Shown here piece by piece: positions 46,229 through 56,078 of a stretch of DNA of 64,000 nt. The translations under genes and the position numbers were made by a program. Positions within the stretch are counted from its first letter, which is position 1. Each line of letters starts with the position of its first letter. The notes under the pieces are model-generated. The model was given only the letters and a program-made list of their open reading frames with translations. It did no database searches and was not told where the DNA came from. The stretch spans positions 27,270 through 91,269 of the forward strand of contig JAJQHJ010000034.1 in NCBI GenBank assembly GCA_021199795.1. Reading direction: 5' to 3'. The DNA is from Oscillospiraceae bacterium. GTDB lineage: Bacteria > Bacillota > Clostridia > Oscillospirales > Ruminococcaceae.

Positions 46229-46281
46229 GCCTCCCCTGAAAGGGGAGGGGGACCGCCGACGAAGTCGGTGGTGGAGGGGTT
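46229..46281 (-). repeat. double-hairpin post-gene element, copy C (inverted, terminator of the YitT gene)
   Basis: The rc reads AAACCCCTCC, then CCGAC-TTC-GTCGG, then CTCCCC-TTTCA-GGGGAG, followed by GCTATTTTT. Starts directly after the stop codon of the minus-strand gene. Confidence 0.65.
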
Positions 46282-47157
46282 TTAATTCCAGTTGTCACCA
46301 CCGTGTAACTTATATCCCTCACCGAATACCTCGTTCGCAGTCGTCACGATCGTGAACGAGCTGTCGTCTTCTGCCTTTACAATCTTGAGAGCTTTCGACA
46401 TTACTGACTTCTTGACTACGCAGATTATAACCCGCTTTGCGTTCTGGGAGTAGGCACCGCTACCCTCGAGGAGGGTGACGCCGACATCTAATTCCTGCAT
46501 GAGGCGGGAGGTGATCTTCTCCGAAAAGTCGCTTATGACGATCAGGAGCTTCGCCTCGTTGGTGCCATTTAATATAAGATTCGTGACGACAGAGGAGATT
46601 ATGATGCAGAGTGCCGCATATAGACCCTTGTCGATATTGCCGGTGGTGATGATTGCTAGGAGAACAACGGCACCATCAACCATCAGAAACAGTGAACCGC
46701 CGGAAAGGGCGGTGAATTTTTTGCTTAAAAGCTTCACGATGATGTCGGTTCCGCCGGTGGTCGCCCCCTGCATCATGACAAGCTGGAGTCCTATTGCCAT
46801 CAGGCAGCCGCCTGCAACGCAGCATAAAAGAGGGTCTTCTGTCAGCGGTCCCAGGGGCTCTAAAATGTTCATCGCAACAGAGGAAAGTACGACCGAGAAG
46901 ACTGTTGAGCCGAGGAACTTGACCCCGAACTTCCATATGCCTATTGCTAGTATCGGGATGTTGAGGATGAGCACAACAGTACCCGTCTGCACCGAGGGAA
47001 TAAAGTGCCCGATAATCATGGCGATACCGGTGAATCCTCCCGGCACAATTTCGTTCGGATCTAAGAACAAGCTGACCGATACGGCATAAATAACAGATCC
47101 AATGGCAATCAGGACGTATTGATAGATGTAAGTTGATATTTTCTTCGGTTGATTCAT
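46282..47157 (-). CDS. YitT-family membrane protein (DUF2179 C-terminal domain)
   Basis: Start moved to the ATG at 47157 (MNQPKKISTYIYQYVLIAIGSVIYAVSVSLFLDPNEIVPGGFTGIAMI). Confidence 0.8.
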   Translation of the reverse strand: MNQPKKISTYIYQYVLIAIGSVIYAVSVSLFLDPNEIVPGGFTGIAMIIGHFIPSVQTGTVVLILNIPILAIGIWKFGVKFLGSTVFSVVLSSVAMNILEPLGPLTEDPLLCCVAGGCLMAIGLQLVMMQGATTGGTDIIVKLLSKKFTALSGGSLFLMVDGAVVLLAIITTGNIDKGLYAALCIIISSVVTNLILNGTNEAKLLIVISDFSEKITSRLMQELDVGVTLLEGSGAYSQNAKRVIICVVKKSVMSKALKIVKAEDDSSFTIVTTANEVFGEGYKLHGGDNWN

Positions 47158-47273
47158 GGGGATGACCTTTCTATCGAAATTAGGAGTTGCAAAAACTTGC
47201 ATTATACTGTATAATAGAACTTTAACGTAGGTTTGTTCTGCGTTAAGTAAAACCGCCGCGGAGGTACCTTATT

Positions 47274-49688
47274 ATGAAAAAGCACCTTATACGACCCTTA
47301 AAAACTCTACTTATTATGATACTCATTTTTTCGCTTTCTGTCAACACTTTCACGCTCGAAAGTTTCGCGGCTAAAAGCGGGGTCTATGCCCTTGTCATAA
47401 ATGAGGTGTGCTCTGATAATGATGAAAGTTTAACTGACTCTGACGGCGACAATCCCGACTGGATAGAAATCTATAATCCGACCTCCAAGGCTGTGAGCCT
47501 CAAGGGCGTCGGCATTTCCGACAGTTCAAAGAAGCCTTTCAAGTGGACTCTGCCTGACGTCACCATAAAAGCCGGCGGATATCTCATCATCTACTGCTCC
47601 GGCAAGGACAGTACTGATAATAACGAGCTCCACACCAGCTTCAAGCTTTCTGGCGGAAGCGAAACGGTCTATCTGACAGCTTCCGACGGTACGCTTATCG
47701 ACAGCGTTGAGCTTCCTGACGTCAAAACAGACTTGACATATGGCAGATACCCGAACGGAACGGGCGATTTCACTGTACTCACCGCCACTCCAGGGAAGTC
47801 GAATGCAAGTGCCACGAAGATAGTCTCCTCCCCGACCTTCTCCCAGGACAGCGGATTCTATGACGAGAGCTTCAAGCTTAAGATAACCGCCGAGTCGGGC
47901 ACTACAATATATTATACCACCGACGGAAGCGTTCCCACGACTTCCTCAACGAAATACACAAGCTCAATCACGATAAAAGACCGCTCAAACGAAAAAGCCG
48001 TCTACATGTTTGAAAAGGGCACGACGGTTGACGAATCGAGCGAATTCTTCCCGAATAAAAAGTTTGAACAGGGAACAGTAGTCCGGGCTATTGCCGTCGA
48101 TTCAAAGGGCAACCAGAGCGACGTCACGACTGCTACGTATTTCATAGGTGAGGATATTTCGGAGAAGTATGACAATGTCTCGGTTATTTCGGTTGTTATA
48201 GACCCTGATGACCTCTATGACGACGAAACGGGAATTTACGTTGCCGGAAACGTCTTCTCTGAATGGAGAAAGTCGAATCCTACCGGTTCCCTTGACGGAA
48301 GCACCCCTGCAAACTATAACCAGCGTGGAAGCGACTGGGAGAGAGACGCACATGTCGACTACTTTGAAGAGACCGCGCTATCGTTCTCGATTGACTGCGG
48401 AGTGAGAGTTCACGGCGGATGGTCTCGTGACAGCCAGCAGAAGAGCCTCAAATTCTATATGCGTTCAGAATACGGCGACTCTACTCTTGAATACGACCTC
48501 TTTGAAGATAACACCTCCGAATACGACGGCACAGAGATCATAAGCTACCGCAAATTCGTCATCCGTAACGGCGGCAACGACAGCTTTAGCCTGAAGTTCA
48601 AGGACGCCTGGACACAGTCACTTGTCACTGGCTTTAACTTCGCTACTCAGGCTGATGAACTGGTCATCTGCTTCCTGAATGGCGAATACTGGGGCGTCTA
48701 CACCTTAAATGAAATATATGACGACAACTATATCGAGTCCCACTATGGCGTTCCGTCAGACGACGTAATCATGATGAAAGCGGGCGAGCTTGAAGAGGGC
48801 GAAGACGGAGAAGAGAGCCTCCTTTCGGACGCCATCAAGTATATCACCAGCCACGATATGAGCAATGATGAGTATTATTCGGAAGCCTGTGAGCTATTCG
48901 ACATGTCGAGCTTTGCCGACTATATGGCGGTAGAGATTTACATCGGCAACCAGGACTGGCTATGGGGCAACTGGGCTTGCTGGCAGTCGAGGTCAACAGA
49001 TATGACCGATTCTTCATACCAGGACGGCAAGTGGCGTTTCATGCTATATGATACAGAATATTCGATGGATTTATATAATGCCGGTGCCGACTATAAGCAT
49101 GACAATCTTGCAAGTCTTCTGTCGGGAGACGGATATTTCGCCAAGATGCTGACTTCACTTCTTAAAAACGACGACTTCCTTGAAATGTTCGTAGTTGCGA
49201 TGGAGAAGACCGCGAATATCGCATTTGATTCTGAGACAGCATCTGAAGCTCTTGACGAATACTATGACGAATACTCGCCCTATCTTGAGCAGCACTTCCA
49301 GAGATATATCGGCTGGCAGAGTTTACGTGGAATCCAGAACAACGTAAAGGGCTGGAAGACCTGGCTTGAAAAACGCCAGAGCTACTACCTCACAATCCTT
49401 AAGGACGACCTTGGCATTTCAACCAAGACTAAGCGTGTCAGAGTTTCCGTCTGGGACGGCGAGGGCGGAACGGTGTATATCGAGGGCTTGGAGCTTAGCT
49501 TAGATGAAGACGGTGACTGGTATGGATATTTTATTCCCGGCTACTCCATAGTAATCACTGCTGTAGCGGATGAGGGATATGAATTCACCGGCTGGACTGG
49601 CTCCTACACAAGTAAATCAGCCTCAATCAGGATAACGCCAAACGCAACCTGCGGCTTCACCGCAAACTTTGAAAAAATCAGCGAATGA
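47274..49688 (+). CDS. secreted CotH-kinase-family protein with N-terminal lamin-tail (LTD) domain
   Basis: Signal peptide. LTD-like LVINEVCSDND...DWIEIYNPTSKAVSLKGVGISD. CotH-like core (QKSLKFYMRSEYGDSTLEYDLF...). The family call is from memory of these motifs. Confidence 0.6.
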   Translation: MKKHLIRPLKTLLIMILIFSLSVNTFTLESFAAKSGVYALVINEVCSDNDESLTDSDGDNPDWIEIYNPTSKAVSLKGVGISDSSKKPFKWTLPDVTIKAGGYLIIYCSGKDSTDNNELHTSFKLSGGSETVYLTASDGTLIDSVELPDVKTDLTYGRYPNGTGDFTVLTATPGKSNASATKIVSSPTFSQDSGFYDESFKLKITAESGTTIYYTTDGSVPTTSSTKYTSSITIKDRSNEKAVYMFEKGTTVDESSEFFPNKKFEQGTVVRAIAVDSKGNQSDVTTATYFIGEDISEKYDNVSVISVVIDPDDLYDDETGIYVAGNVFSEWRKSNPTGSLDGSTPANYNQRGSDWERDAHVDYFEETALSFSIDCGVRVHGGWSRDSQQKSLKFYMRSEYGDSTLEYDLFEDNTSEYDGTEIISYRKFVIRNGGNDSFSLKFKDAWTQSLVTGFNFATQADELVICFLNGEYWGVYTLNEIYDDNYIESHYGVPSDDVIMMKAGELEEGEDGEESLLSDAIKYITSHDMSNDEYYSEACELFDMSSFADYMAVEIYIGNQDWLWGNWACWQSRSTDMTDSSYQDGKWRFMLYDTEYSMDLYNAGADYKHDNLASLLSGDGYFAKMLTSLLKNDDFLEMFVVAMEKTANIAFDSETASEALDEYYDEYSPYLEQHFQRYIGWQSLRGIQNNVKGWKTWLEKRQSYYLTILKDDLGISTKTKRVRVSVWDGEGGTVYIEGLELSLDEDGDWYGYFIPGYSIVITAVADEGYEFTGWTGSYTSKSASIRITPNATCGFTANFEKISE

Positions 49689-49729
49689 TATCTAAAACGC
49701 AAAACCCTTTTTCTGGAATGGAGATTTCA

Positions 49730-51676
49730 ATGATCAGATTCAAGCAAACAAAACGACTCATCTTCGGCATAATTGTCGCACTTGTAGTCCTGACACTCGC
49801 ACTCGTAAACTATTCGTCATTTGATTTCTCCTCCTTACTGAAATTCATCTGCGTTTACCTTGTAATGCTCCTGACGCTTGTCACCGATTTCAATATCAGT
49901 GATCGCCTTAGAAGCATAATGTCGCTTATTTTCTTCCTTATAGCACCTGTTTTATGCTTTGAAACGGTGAGAGTTATCGTCGGAGCAGGGGTGTATCAGG
50001 ACTATATCTATTTTGACAACCTCATATTCTATGCTGTAGTTCAGGTGGCAGTGTTCGCGCTGACTCAGTCTGTGAGGGTGTCCGTCACCGCAATGGTGGG
50101 CGTGAGCTATGTTTTACATATCGCAAACCAGATTATCTTAGAGATAAGAGGAACTCCTCTTGTCCCGACTGACCTCTATGCCATCCAGACCGCGATGAGT
50201 GTCACCAAGCCGGACGACTGGCATTTCGACTCGAATATGCTTATAGGCACTGCGGCAAGTGTGATGCTGATAGCGGTTGCAATGAAGTGCAAAATCAAGT
50301 ACCCTAAGAAGCTTGCAAGAGCCGGAGCAGGCTTGGCTTCACTTGCCCTGACAGCTGCCGGAGTACTCTTCATCTGGGGGATCGATTACACCTCGTTCTC
50401 GACCTCCACATTTGACACTGAATCCACAAACAACGTCAACGGCATTGCTCTGAACTTCTACATAAACTGCCGGAAGATGAAGTTTGACGAGCCGGAGGGC
50501 TATTCGGAAGAAGCACTCTTGCAGTATCTCTCGCAGTATACCGATGAGGAGCTTGAGGGCTCTTTAGACGATCTTCCGAATATAATTGTCATCATGAACG
50601 AGAGCTATTCAGACCTAAGCTATGTCGGAAAGTTCAAGACGGACGAGAGCTACAATTCCTATTTCAATTCTCTTATTGAGGATTACCCGCACGGAAAAGT
50701 GCTTGTTTCCGTCCTCGGCGGAGGAACCTGCAACACGGAATTTGAGTTCTTAACAGGTCTTTCTATGATGTACATGCCGAACGGAAGCTATGTCTACTTG
50801 CAGCATATACTGGGTGACATTCCGTCGATGGCGACCTATCTTCAGGAGTATGGCTACAGTGCAATAGCGATGCACCCGTTCTATGAGATCTGCTGGAGAA
50901 GAAACTTGGTTTATGCCTGGATGGGCTTTGACGATTTCGTCAGCGGCGAGGACATGACCGACTACCAGGCGAAATACGTCAGCGTTTCCCGCTGGGAAAA
51001 GGGCTTCGGCGACGATGTCGAGTACATAAGAACTCTCATCAGCGACAGCTATTTCTATCAGCAGATTATAGATCAGTATGAGAACAAGACGACAGACAGG
51101 ATATTTATTTTCGGCGTGACTGTTCAGAACCATTCGGGCTATGAATACGACGGCGACGACTTTGAGACGACGGTTCACCTGACCAGCACCGACGGCGACT
51201 ATCCGAGAACCGAGCAGTATCTCTCATTAATAAAAGCCTCTGACGAGGCTTTGGAAGAGCTTATTACATACTTTGAAAACGTCGACGAGAAAACCATAAT
51301 AGTCTTCTTCGGAGACCACCAGCCTAATATTGAGACAGAGTTCCTTGACGAGATTTCCCCGAACCGCAACACCACTGTCAACGGCTTCTTAACGAGATAT
51401 GAAACCCCATTCGTCATCTGGGCGAACTATGACATAGGCGACGACAATCTGGGAATAGTCAGCGCGAACTACCTGAGCCTACTTACTCTTGAGTATGCCG
51501 GAATCCCACTTTCCGCCGAGTATCAGCTTATTGAGGACGCCTCCGAAATAGCCACCTCAATGAACACCTGGGGCTACTTCGACAGGTACAATATGTGGAA
51601 CAGCAGGGAAGAGACATACGATGATGAGGTCTTAAATATGTATAACTTTCTGACGTATTATACGTTGAAAGGGTAG
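49730..51676 (+). CDS. LTA-synthase / phosphoglycerol-transferase family membrane sulfatase-fold protein
   Basis: Start probably ATG 49730, behind GGAG (the track gives 49685). N-terminal polytopic TM region. NIIVIMNESYSD and IVFFGDHQP motifs. Confidence 0.75.
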   Translation: MIRFKQTKRLIFGIIVALVVLTLALVNYSSFDFSSLLKFICVYLVMLLTLVTDFNISDRLRSIMSLIFFLIAPVLCFETVRVIVGAGVYQDYIYFDNLIFYAVVQVAVFALTQSVRVSVTAMVGVSYVLHIANQIILEIRGTPLVPTDLYAIQTAMSVTKPDDWHFDSNMLIGTAASVMLIAVAMKCKIKYPKKLARAGAGLASLALTAAGVLFIWGIDYTSFSTSTFDTESTNNVNGIALNFYINCRKMKFDEPEGYSEEALLQYLSQYTDEELEGSLDDLPNIIVIMNESYSDLSYVGKFKTDESYNSYFNSLIEDYPHGKVLVSVLGGGTCNTEFEFLTGLSMMYMPNGSYVYLQHILGDIPSMATYLQEYGYSAIAMHPFYEICWRRNLVYAWMGFDDFVSGEDMTDYQAKYVSVSRWEKGFGDDVEYIRTLISDSYFYQQIIDQYENKTTDRIFIFGVTVQNHSGYEYDGDDFETTVHLTSTDGDYPRTEQYLSLIKASDEALEELITYFENVDEKTIIVFFGDHQPNIETEFLDEISPNRNTTVNGFLTRYETPFVIWANYDIGDDNLGIVSANYLSLLTLEYAGIPLSAEYQLIEDASEIATSMNTWGYFDRYNMWNSREETYDDEVLNMYNFLTYYTLKG

Positions 51677-51690
51677 AGGCATAAAACCCA

Positions 51691-51727
51691 AGCCGCACCG
51701 TGACCCCCATGTTGCGGCTAGTTTTTT
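51691..51727. terminator. bidirectional terminator between convergent genes
   Basis: AGCCGCA-N15-TGCGGCT stem followed by AGTTTTTT. The 3' arm overlaps the comEC stop codon. Confidence 0.55.
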
Positions 51728-53706
51728 ATCTCCACCTCCATCCCCTCCGTTGCTACCATGGTTTCCCCATAGATATTCGTCACGCACACTCCGTTTCCGA
51801 TGTAGATATAATACCCATCTTCCGGAATTTCCGATTCGGTTATGACAATGGTTTTGCCGCCCAGGGTGACGCTTGTGAAGCTGCTTGATAGCTCTATTTC
51901 GGCATTACCGAGGCTCAGAATTGATCCGTCGGTGAGCCTGAGAAGCTCGGTTTCAGAGCTTGTGTGCGTGGACGCGCTTGTGTCGAAGAGAATGATGTCG
52001 GGAGAGACGGAGAGATCGAGATAGCTTGGATAGTTCGCGATGCCGTTCTCTAAGATCGCGACGGCATCAATTGTAGCGATGCCCTCCTCTGAAAGAATGT
52101 AGCCGAGGTTATCCGAATAGGAGCCGTCAGAATCAATCGCAAGGCACTCTCCTCCCTGAATCACAGTTATCAGATACCCGTCGCCGTCGGAGACTATCTT
52201 CAAGTGAGTTGTTTCAACGTCCAGAAGACCGAGAGCGAATATAAACGCAACGGTCGCGCAGAAAGCGGTCAATGTGGAAAAAGCAGCCAGCCGGACATTT
52301 TTTGAGACAATCAGAATCACAACCAACGCCACCGTGAGGGACAGCACTGCTATCCTGACGGCGGCGTATTTTATTGGAATATAGGTGAAGCCGAGCCCAC
52401 TGATGAATCCGCAAATCTTTATCACCCACCGCGCAATGAAGCCTGCAATTTCGATGAGGAAAGACAACGCCGCAGGAGTTCCACATGCCGCGAATATGAG
52501 AGTCAATGCGAGTGCGACAGTGCAGAATGGTGTCAGAATTACGTTTGTAATAATCGAAACGAGGGAAATTTCGTCGAAAGTAAAGACCGAAACGGGGAGG
52601 ATGCAGACCCAAACGCAGGCGGCAGACATAGCTGTGCGCCCAAGCCTGCCCTTTATTCCGAAAGCCTTTGATACCGCCGGAGCCACGACGCATATTCCGA
52701 AAACTCCTGAAACTGACAAGAGAAAAGAGCTGTCCGCAACGCTGTAGGGCGACCAAAGAAGCATGATAAGTATCGTAACTCCAAGTGAGGACTCCACATC
52801 GTATTCGCGCCGGATTATTGTTGAGAGCAGGCAGATGGTCATCATGATGAAAGCCCTAACCGCAGAGATTCTCATCCCTGAAAAGACGACGAACAGTGTC
52901 ATGATAGCTTCCGAAACGGCGAATGTCACGAGTCTTGGAGCTTTCAGAAGTCTGAGAATAAATGCGACCAGAGCCGCCACTATGCTTACATGAAGTCCAG
53001 AAACCGCCAACAGATGCCCGATCCCGCTTCGGTTTAGGGATATTCTCACTGTATCGTCAAGGCTGTCGCTCCTGCCGCAGAGCATACTCGAAAGAAGCTG
53101 ACCCTCATCAAGACCCACATATGAGCAGAAAGTGATAGTGAGCTTTTCCCGCATGTTACGGATATTGCCGTAGATGGCATAGATGTCGCTAGCCTTGGTA
53201 ACGGTCACGCTGCCGGAAGCCGTGCACCGGATGAAAATGCCTTTCGGGTAGTAGTAGGCTTTTGCGTTGAAGCTGCCGCTGTCAGTAAGCTCCGAGATAG
53301 TCGCATCAAAGGTGGCCCTGTCACCTGAGGAGACGCTGACGCCGCTTAAATAAACGATAACCTTTCCTCTTATCCCTCCGATTTTGCCGCTTACTGTAAC
53401 CTCGGCATAATCGCTGTCATCGCAGTCGGTGACTATCCCTGAAACGGTGACCGTCTCTCCGGAAAGGGCAGTAAGCCTGTCGACCCGCAGACAGAACCAG
53501 GTGGTTCCATAGATACTGAAAATGAGCAAAAATAAAAGAGCGGTCGAAACCGCCCTGCGCAATCTTCCTGATAAAATAAACAAACCGGCGACAAAAAGCA
53601 CCGCCGCCACGGCGATAAACGCAATCCGAGCCGGAAAAGAAGCATAAAAACAAAAGAGCAGTCCCGCAATCGCGCCACCGGCAGCCAGCCCCGCCTCATG
53701 CCGCAT
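51718..53706 (-). CDS. comEC: ComEC/Rec2-family DNA internalisation channel protein
   Basis: 662 aa. N-terminal OB-like region, then a competence domain with GIGHLLAVSGLHVSIVAALV. The C-terminal domain lacks an HxHxDH metal site. Confidence 0.8.
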   Translation of the reverse strand: MRHEAGLAAGGAIAGLLFCFYASFPARIAFIAVAAVLFVAGLFILSGRLRRAVSTALLFLLIFSIYGTTWFCLRVDRLTALSGETVTVSGIVTDCDDSDYAEVTVSGKIGGIRGKVIVYLSGVSVSSGDRATFDATISELTDSGSFNAKAYYYPKGIFIRCTASGSVTVTKASDIYAIYGNIRNMREKLTITFCSYVGLDEGQLLSSMLCGRSDSLDDTVRISLNRSGIGHLLAVSGLHVSIVAALVAFILRLLKAPRLVTFAVSEAIMTLFVVFSGMRISAVRAFIMMTICLLSTIIRREYDVESSLGVTILIMLLWSPYSVADSSFLLSVSGVFGICVVAPAVSKAFGIKGRLGRTAMSAACVWVCILPVSVFTFDEISLVSIITNVILTPFCTVALALTLIFAACGTPAALSFLIEIAGFIARWVIKICGFISGLGFTYIPIKYAAVRIAVLSLTVALVVILIVSKNVRLAAFSTLTAFCATVAFIFALGLLDVETTHLKIVSDGDGYLITVIQGGECLAIDSDGSYSDNLGYILSEEGIATIDAVAILENGIANYPSYLDLSVSPDIILFDTSASTHTSSETELLRLTDGSILSLGNAEIELSSSFTSVTLGGKTIVITESEIPEDGYYIYIGNGVCVTNIYGETMVATEGMEVEIKN

Positions 53707-53873
53707 CCGACCACTCCCTTTCTTTCATGATAATACTATTATAGACGAAACGGATACAGTTGTCAAGCGGACAGAGTCAACTTTAGCTTGACATCCTCGC
53801 CATTTAGGACTATAATTACTATTTAGGAAAGTAGAAAATGGCGTAGTGTTGTATTTTAAAAGTGGGGTATAGA

Positions 53874-54365
53874 ATGAGAATACTTGGAATTGACCCGGGA
53901 TATGCGATTGTTGGCTATGGAGTCCTGGACTATGACGGAAGAGATTTTGCGGTCAAGGGCTATGGAGCTATCACAACTTCATCTGAAGCTCATTTTGATG
54001 ACCGCCTCGGAATCATTTATAACGACATGAATGAGCTTCTGGAAATGTATAAGCCGGACGCTATCTCCCTTGAAAAGCTCTACTTCAACACCAACCACAC
54101 AACTGCTATCGATGTGGCGCAGGCGAGGGGAGTCATCCTCCTTTCAGCAAACAATCACGGAATCAAAATTTTTGAGTATACCCCGCTTCAGGTGAAGAAC
54201 TCGGTTGTCGGCTATGGAAGAGCCGAGAAGAAGCAGGTTCAGGAAATGACCCGCTCAATACTTAAGCTCAAAGAAATCCCGAAGCCGGACGACGCGGCAG
54301 ACGCACTTGCTCTTGCCATCACCCACGGTCACCATGCAACTTCAAGAGTATTCGGACTGAATTAA
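53874..54365 (+). CDS. ruvC: crossover junction endodeoxyribonuclease RuvC
   Basis: Start moved to ATG 53874 (MRILGIDPGYAIVGYG). C-terminus ...PDDAADALALAITH. Confidence 0.93.
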   Translation: MRILGIDPGYAIVGYGVLDYDGRDFAVKGYGAITTSSEAHFDDRLGIIYNDMNELLEMYKPDAISLEKLYFNTNHTTAIDVAQARGVILLSANNHGIKIFEYTPLQVKNSVVGYGRAEKKQVQEMTRSILKLKEIPKPDDAADALALAITHGHHATSRVFGLN

Positions 54366-54392
54366 AGCCATCAGGCAGCAAGGAAGCATAAA

Positions 54393-54998
54393 ATGATATA
54401 CAGTCTCACCGGAAATATTATACACACCGAACCCGACCTCTGCGTTATCGAATGCGGAGGAGTCGGCTATGCCTGCAAAACCACAATGAACACGATAACA
54501 TCCGTCTCGAACATGTCCTCCTGCACACTCTATACCTACATGGCAGTGAGAGAAGACGCTATAGACCTTTTCGGATTCTTCACAAAAGATGAACTCGAAT
54601 GCTTCAAGCTTTTAACATCTGTAAGCGGCGTTGGCTCAAAGTATGCTCTTGCAATTCTTTCAAGCTTAACTCCAGCTTCTGTTGCACTGGCTATTGCTTC
54701 CGACGACACAAAGGCTTTCTCCAAAGTCAAAGGCATAGGAGCTAAAATCGCCCAGAGAATCGTTATGGAGCTTAAAGACAAGGTCGCCAAGGGCGCAGTT
54801 TTGGATGAGTCCGGCGAAGTCGGAGCGATTAAGGCGGCAGTTGGAGACAACAATAAGGCGGAAGCCATTGCGGCTCTGGTAGTCCTCGGCTACACTCAGT
54901 CTGAGGCAGCTCAGGCGGTAGCAAAGTGCCCAGGTGAACTTGAAACTGATGAAATAATCAAGAGAAGCCTAAGAACTCTTGCATCAGGCAGATTCTGA
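54393..54998 (+). CDS. ruvA: Holliday junction branch migration complex subunit RuvA
   Basis: 201 aa. MIYSLTGNI...GVGY, and HhH motifs VSGVGSKYALAILS and KGIGAKIAQRI. Confidence 0.93.
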   Translation: MIYSLTGNIIHTEPDLCVIECGGVGYACKTTMNTITSVSNMSSCTLYTYMAVREDAIDLFGFFTKDELECFKLLTSVSGVGSKYALAILSSLTPASVALAIASDDTKAFSKVKGIGAKIAQRIVMELKDKVAKGAVLDESGEVGAIKAAVGDNNKAEAIAALVVLGYTQSEAAQAVAKCPGELETDEIIKRSLRTLASGRF

Positions 54999-55012
54999 GG
55001 AGGTGAGGGTGC

Positions 55013-56050
55013 ATGATTGAATCAAAGGAATTTGACCTTGAAAAAAGGCTTGTCGGTACCGAGGTTTTAGCTGAGGATGTCGACGAGGCAGAGCTTTCTC
55101 TCCGACCGAAGAGCTTGAACGAATACATCGGTCAGGAAAAGGTCAAGGAGAACATGAAGATTTATATCGACGCCGCCAAGAAGCGTGGCGAACCACTTGA
55201 TCATGTACTCCTTTATGGACCTCCCGGACTCGGAAAGACAACCCTTTCGGCAATCATCGCCCACGAAATGGGCGTCAACATACGCATAACATCCGGTCCC
55301 GCTATCACAAAGCCGGGTGACATAGTCGCGATACTCACAAATCTTCAGGCGGGCGACGTCCTCTTTATAGATGAGATCCATAGAATCCCACGTGAAATTG
55401 AGGAGGTTTTGTACCCTGCAATGGAGGATTTCGCGGTCGATATCATCATCGGCAAGGGAGCAGGTGCAAGGACAATAAGGCTTGATGTGCCGCATTTCAC
55501 TCTTATCGGTGCCACAACGAGGGCAGGACAGCTGACTTCACCGCTTCGTGACCGTTTCGGAATCTCCCAGCGGCTTGAGCTCTACACTCATGAAGAGCTC
55601 TGCGAGATTATCGTCCGCTCTGCAAATATTTTGGGAGTCATCTGCGATCGTGAGGGTGCGATGGAGATTGCAAAGCGTTCAAGAGGAACGCCGAGAATTG
55701 CAAACAGGCTTCTTAAACGTGTTCGTGACTTCGCCGACGTAATGGGCAACGGTTCAATAACTCTTGAAATCGCGAAAATTGCCCTTGATAGAATGGAGAT
55801 CGATTCCTTGGGTCTTGACACCATGGACAAGCGGATGCTAAATATGATCATAAAGGGCTACAACGGCGGACCTGTTGGTCTTGAAACCCTCGCCTCTGCA
55901 ATAGGCGAAGAGGCTGTGACCCTCGAAGATGTCTGTGAGCCGTACTTAATGCAGCTTGGCTTCATCGCAAGAACCCCAAGAGGCAGATGCGCCACAGATC
56001 TGGCGTACAAACATATGGGGCTTTTAAGAGACGGGCAAACTATGTTATAA
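55013..56050 (+). CDS. ruvB: Holliday junction DNA helicase RuvB
   Basis: 345 aa. [36 protein letters not shown]. Confidence 0.96.
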   Translation: MIESKEFDLEKRLVGTEVLAEDVDEAELSLRPKSLNEYIGQEKVKENMKIYIDAAKKRGEPLDHVLLYGPPGLGKTTLSAIIAHEMGVNIRITSGPAITKPGDIVAILTNLQAGDVLFIDEIHRIPREIEEVLYPAMEDFAVDIIIGKGAGARTIRLDVPHFTLIGATTRAGQLTSPLRDRFGISQRLELYTHEELCEIIVRSANILGVICDREGAMEIAKRSRGTPRIANRLLKRVRDFADVMGNGSITLEIAKIALDRMEIDSLGLDTMDKRMLNMIIKGYNGGPVGLETLASAIGEEAVTLEDVCEPYLMQLGFIARTPRGRCATDLAYKHMGLLRDGQTML

Positions 56051-56078
56051 AAATTAAAAAAAGATCGGGGCTGTTAAA

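Noticed and set aside
46475-47089. 204-aa plus-strand ORF
   Set aside because: Antisense to the YitT-family membrane protein gene, whose family motifs are clear. Shadow ORF.
52214-52756. 180-aa and 120-aa alternative-frame ORFs inside comEC
   Set aside because: They overlap the long ComEC reading frame, which has family motifs. Their composition is Arg/Cys-rich frame-shift noise.
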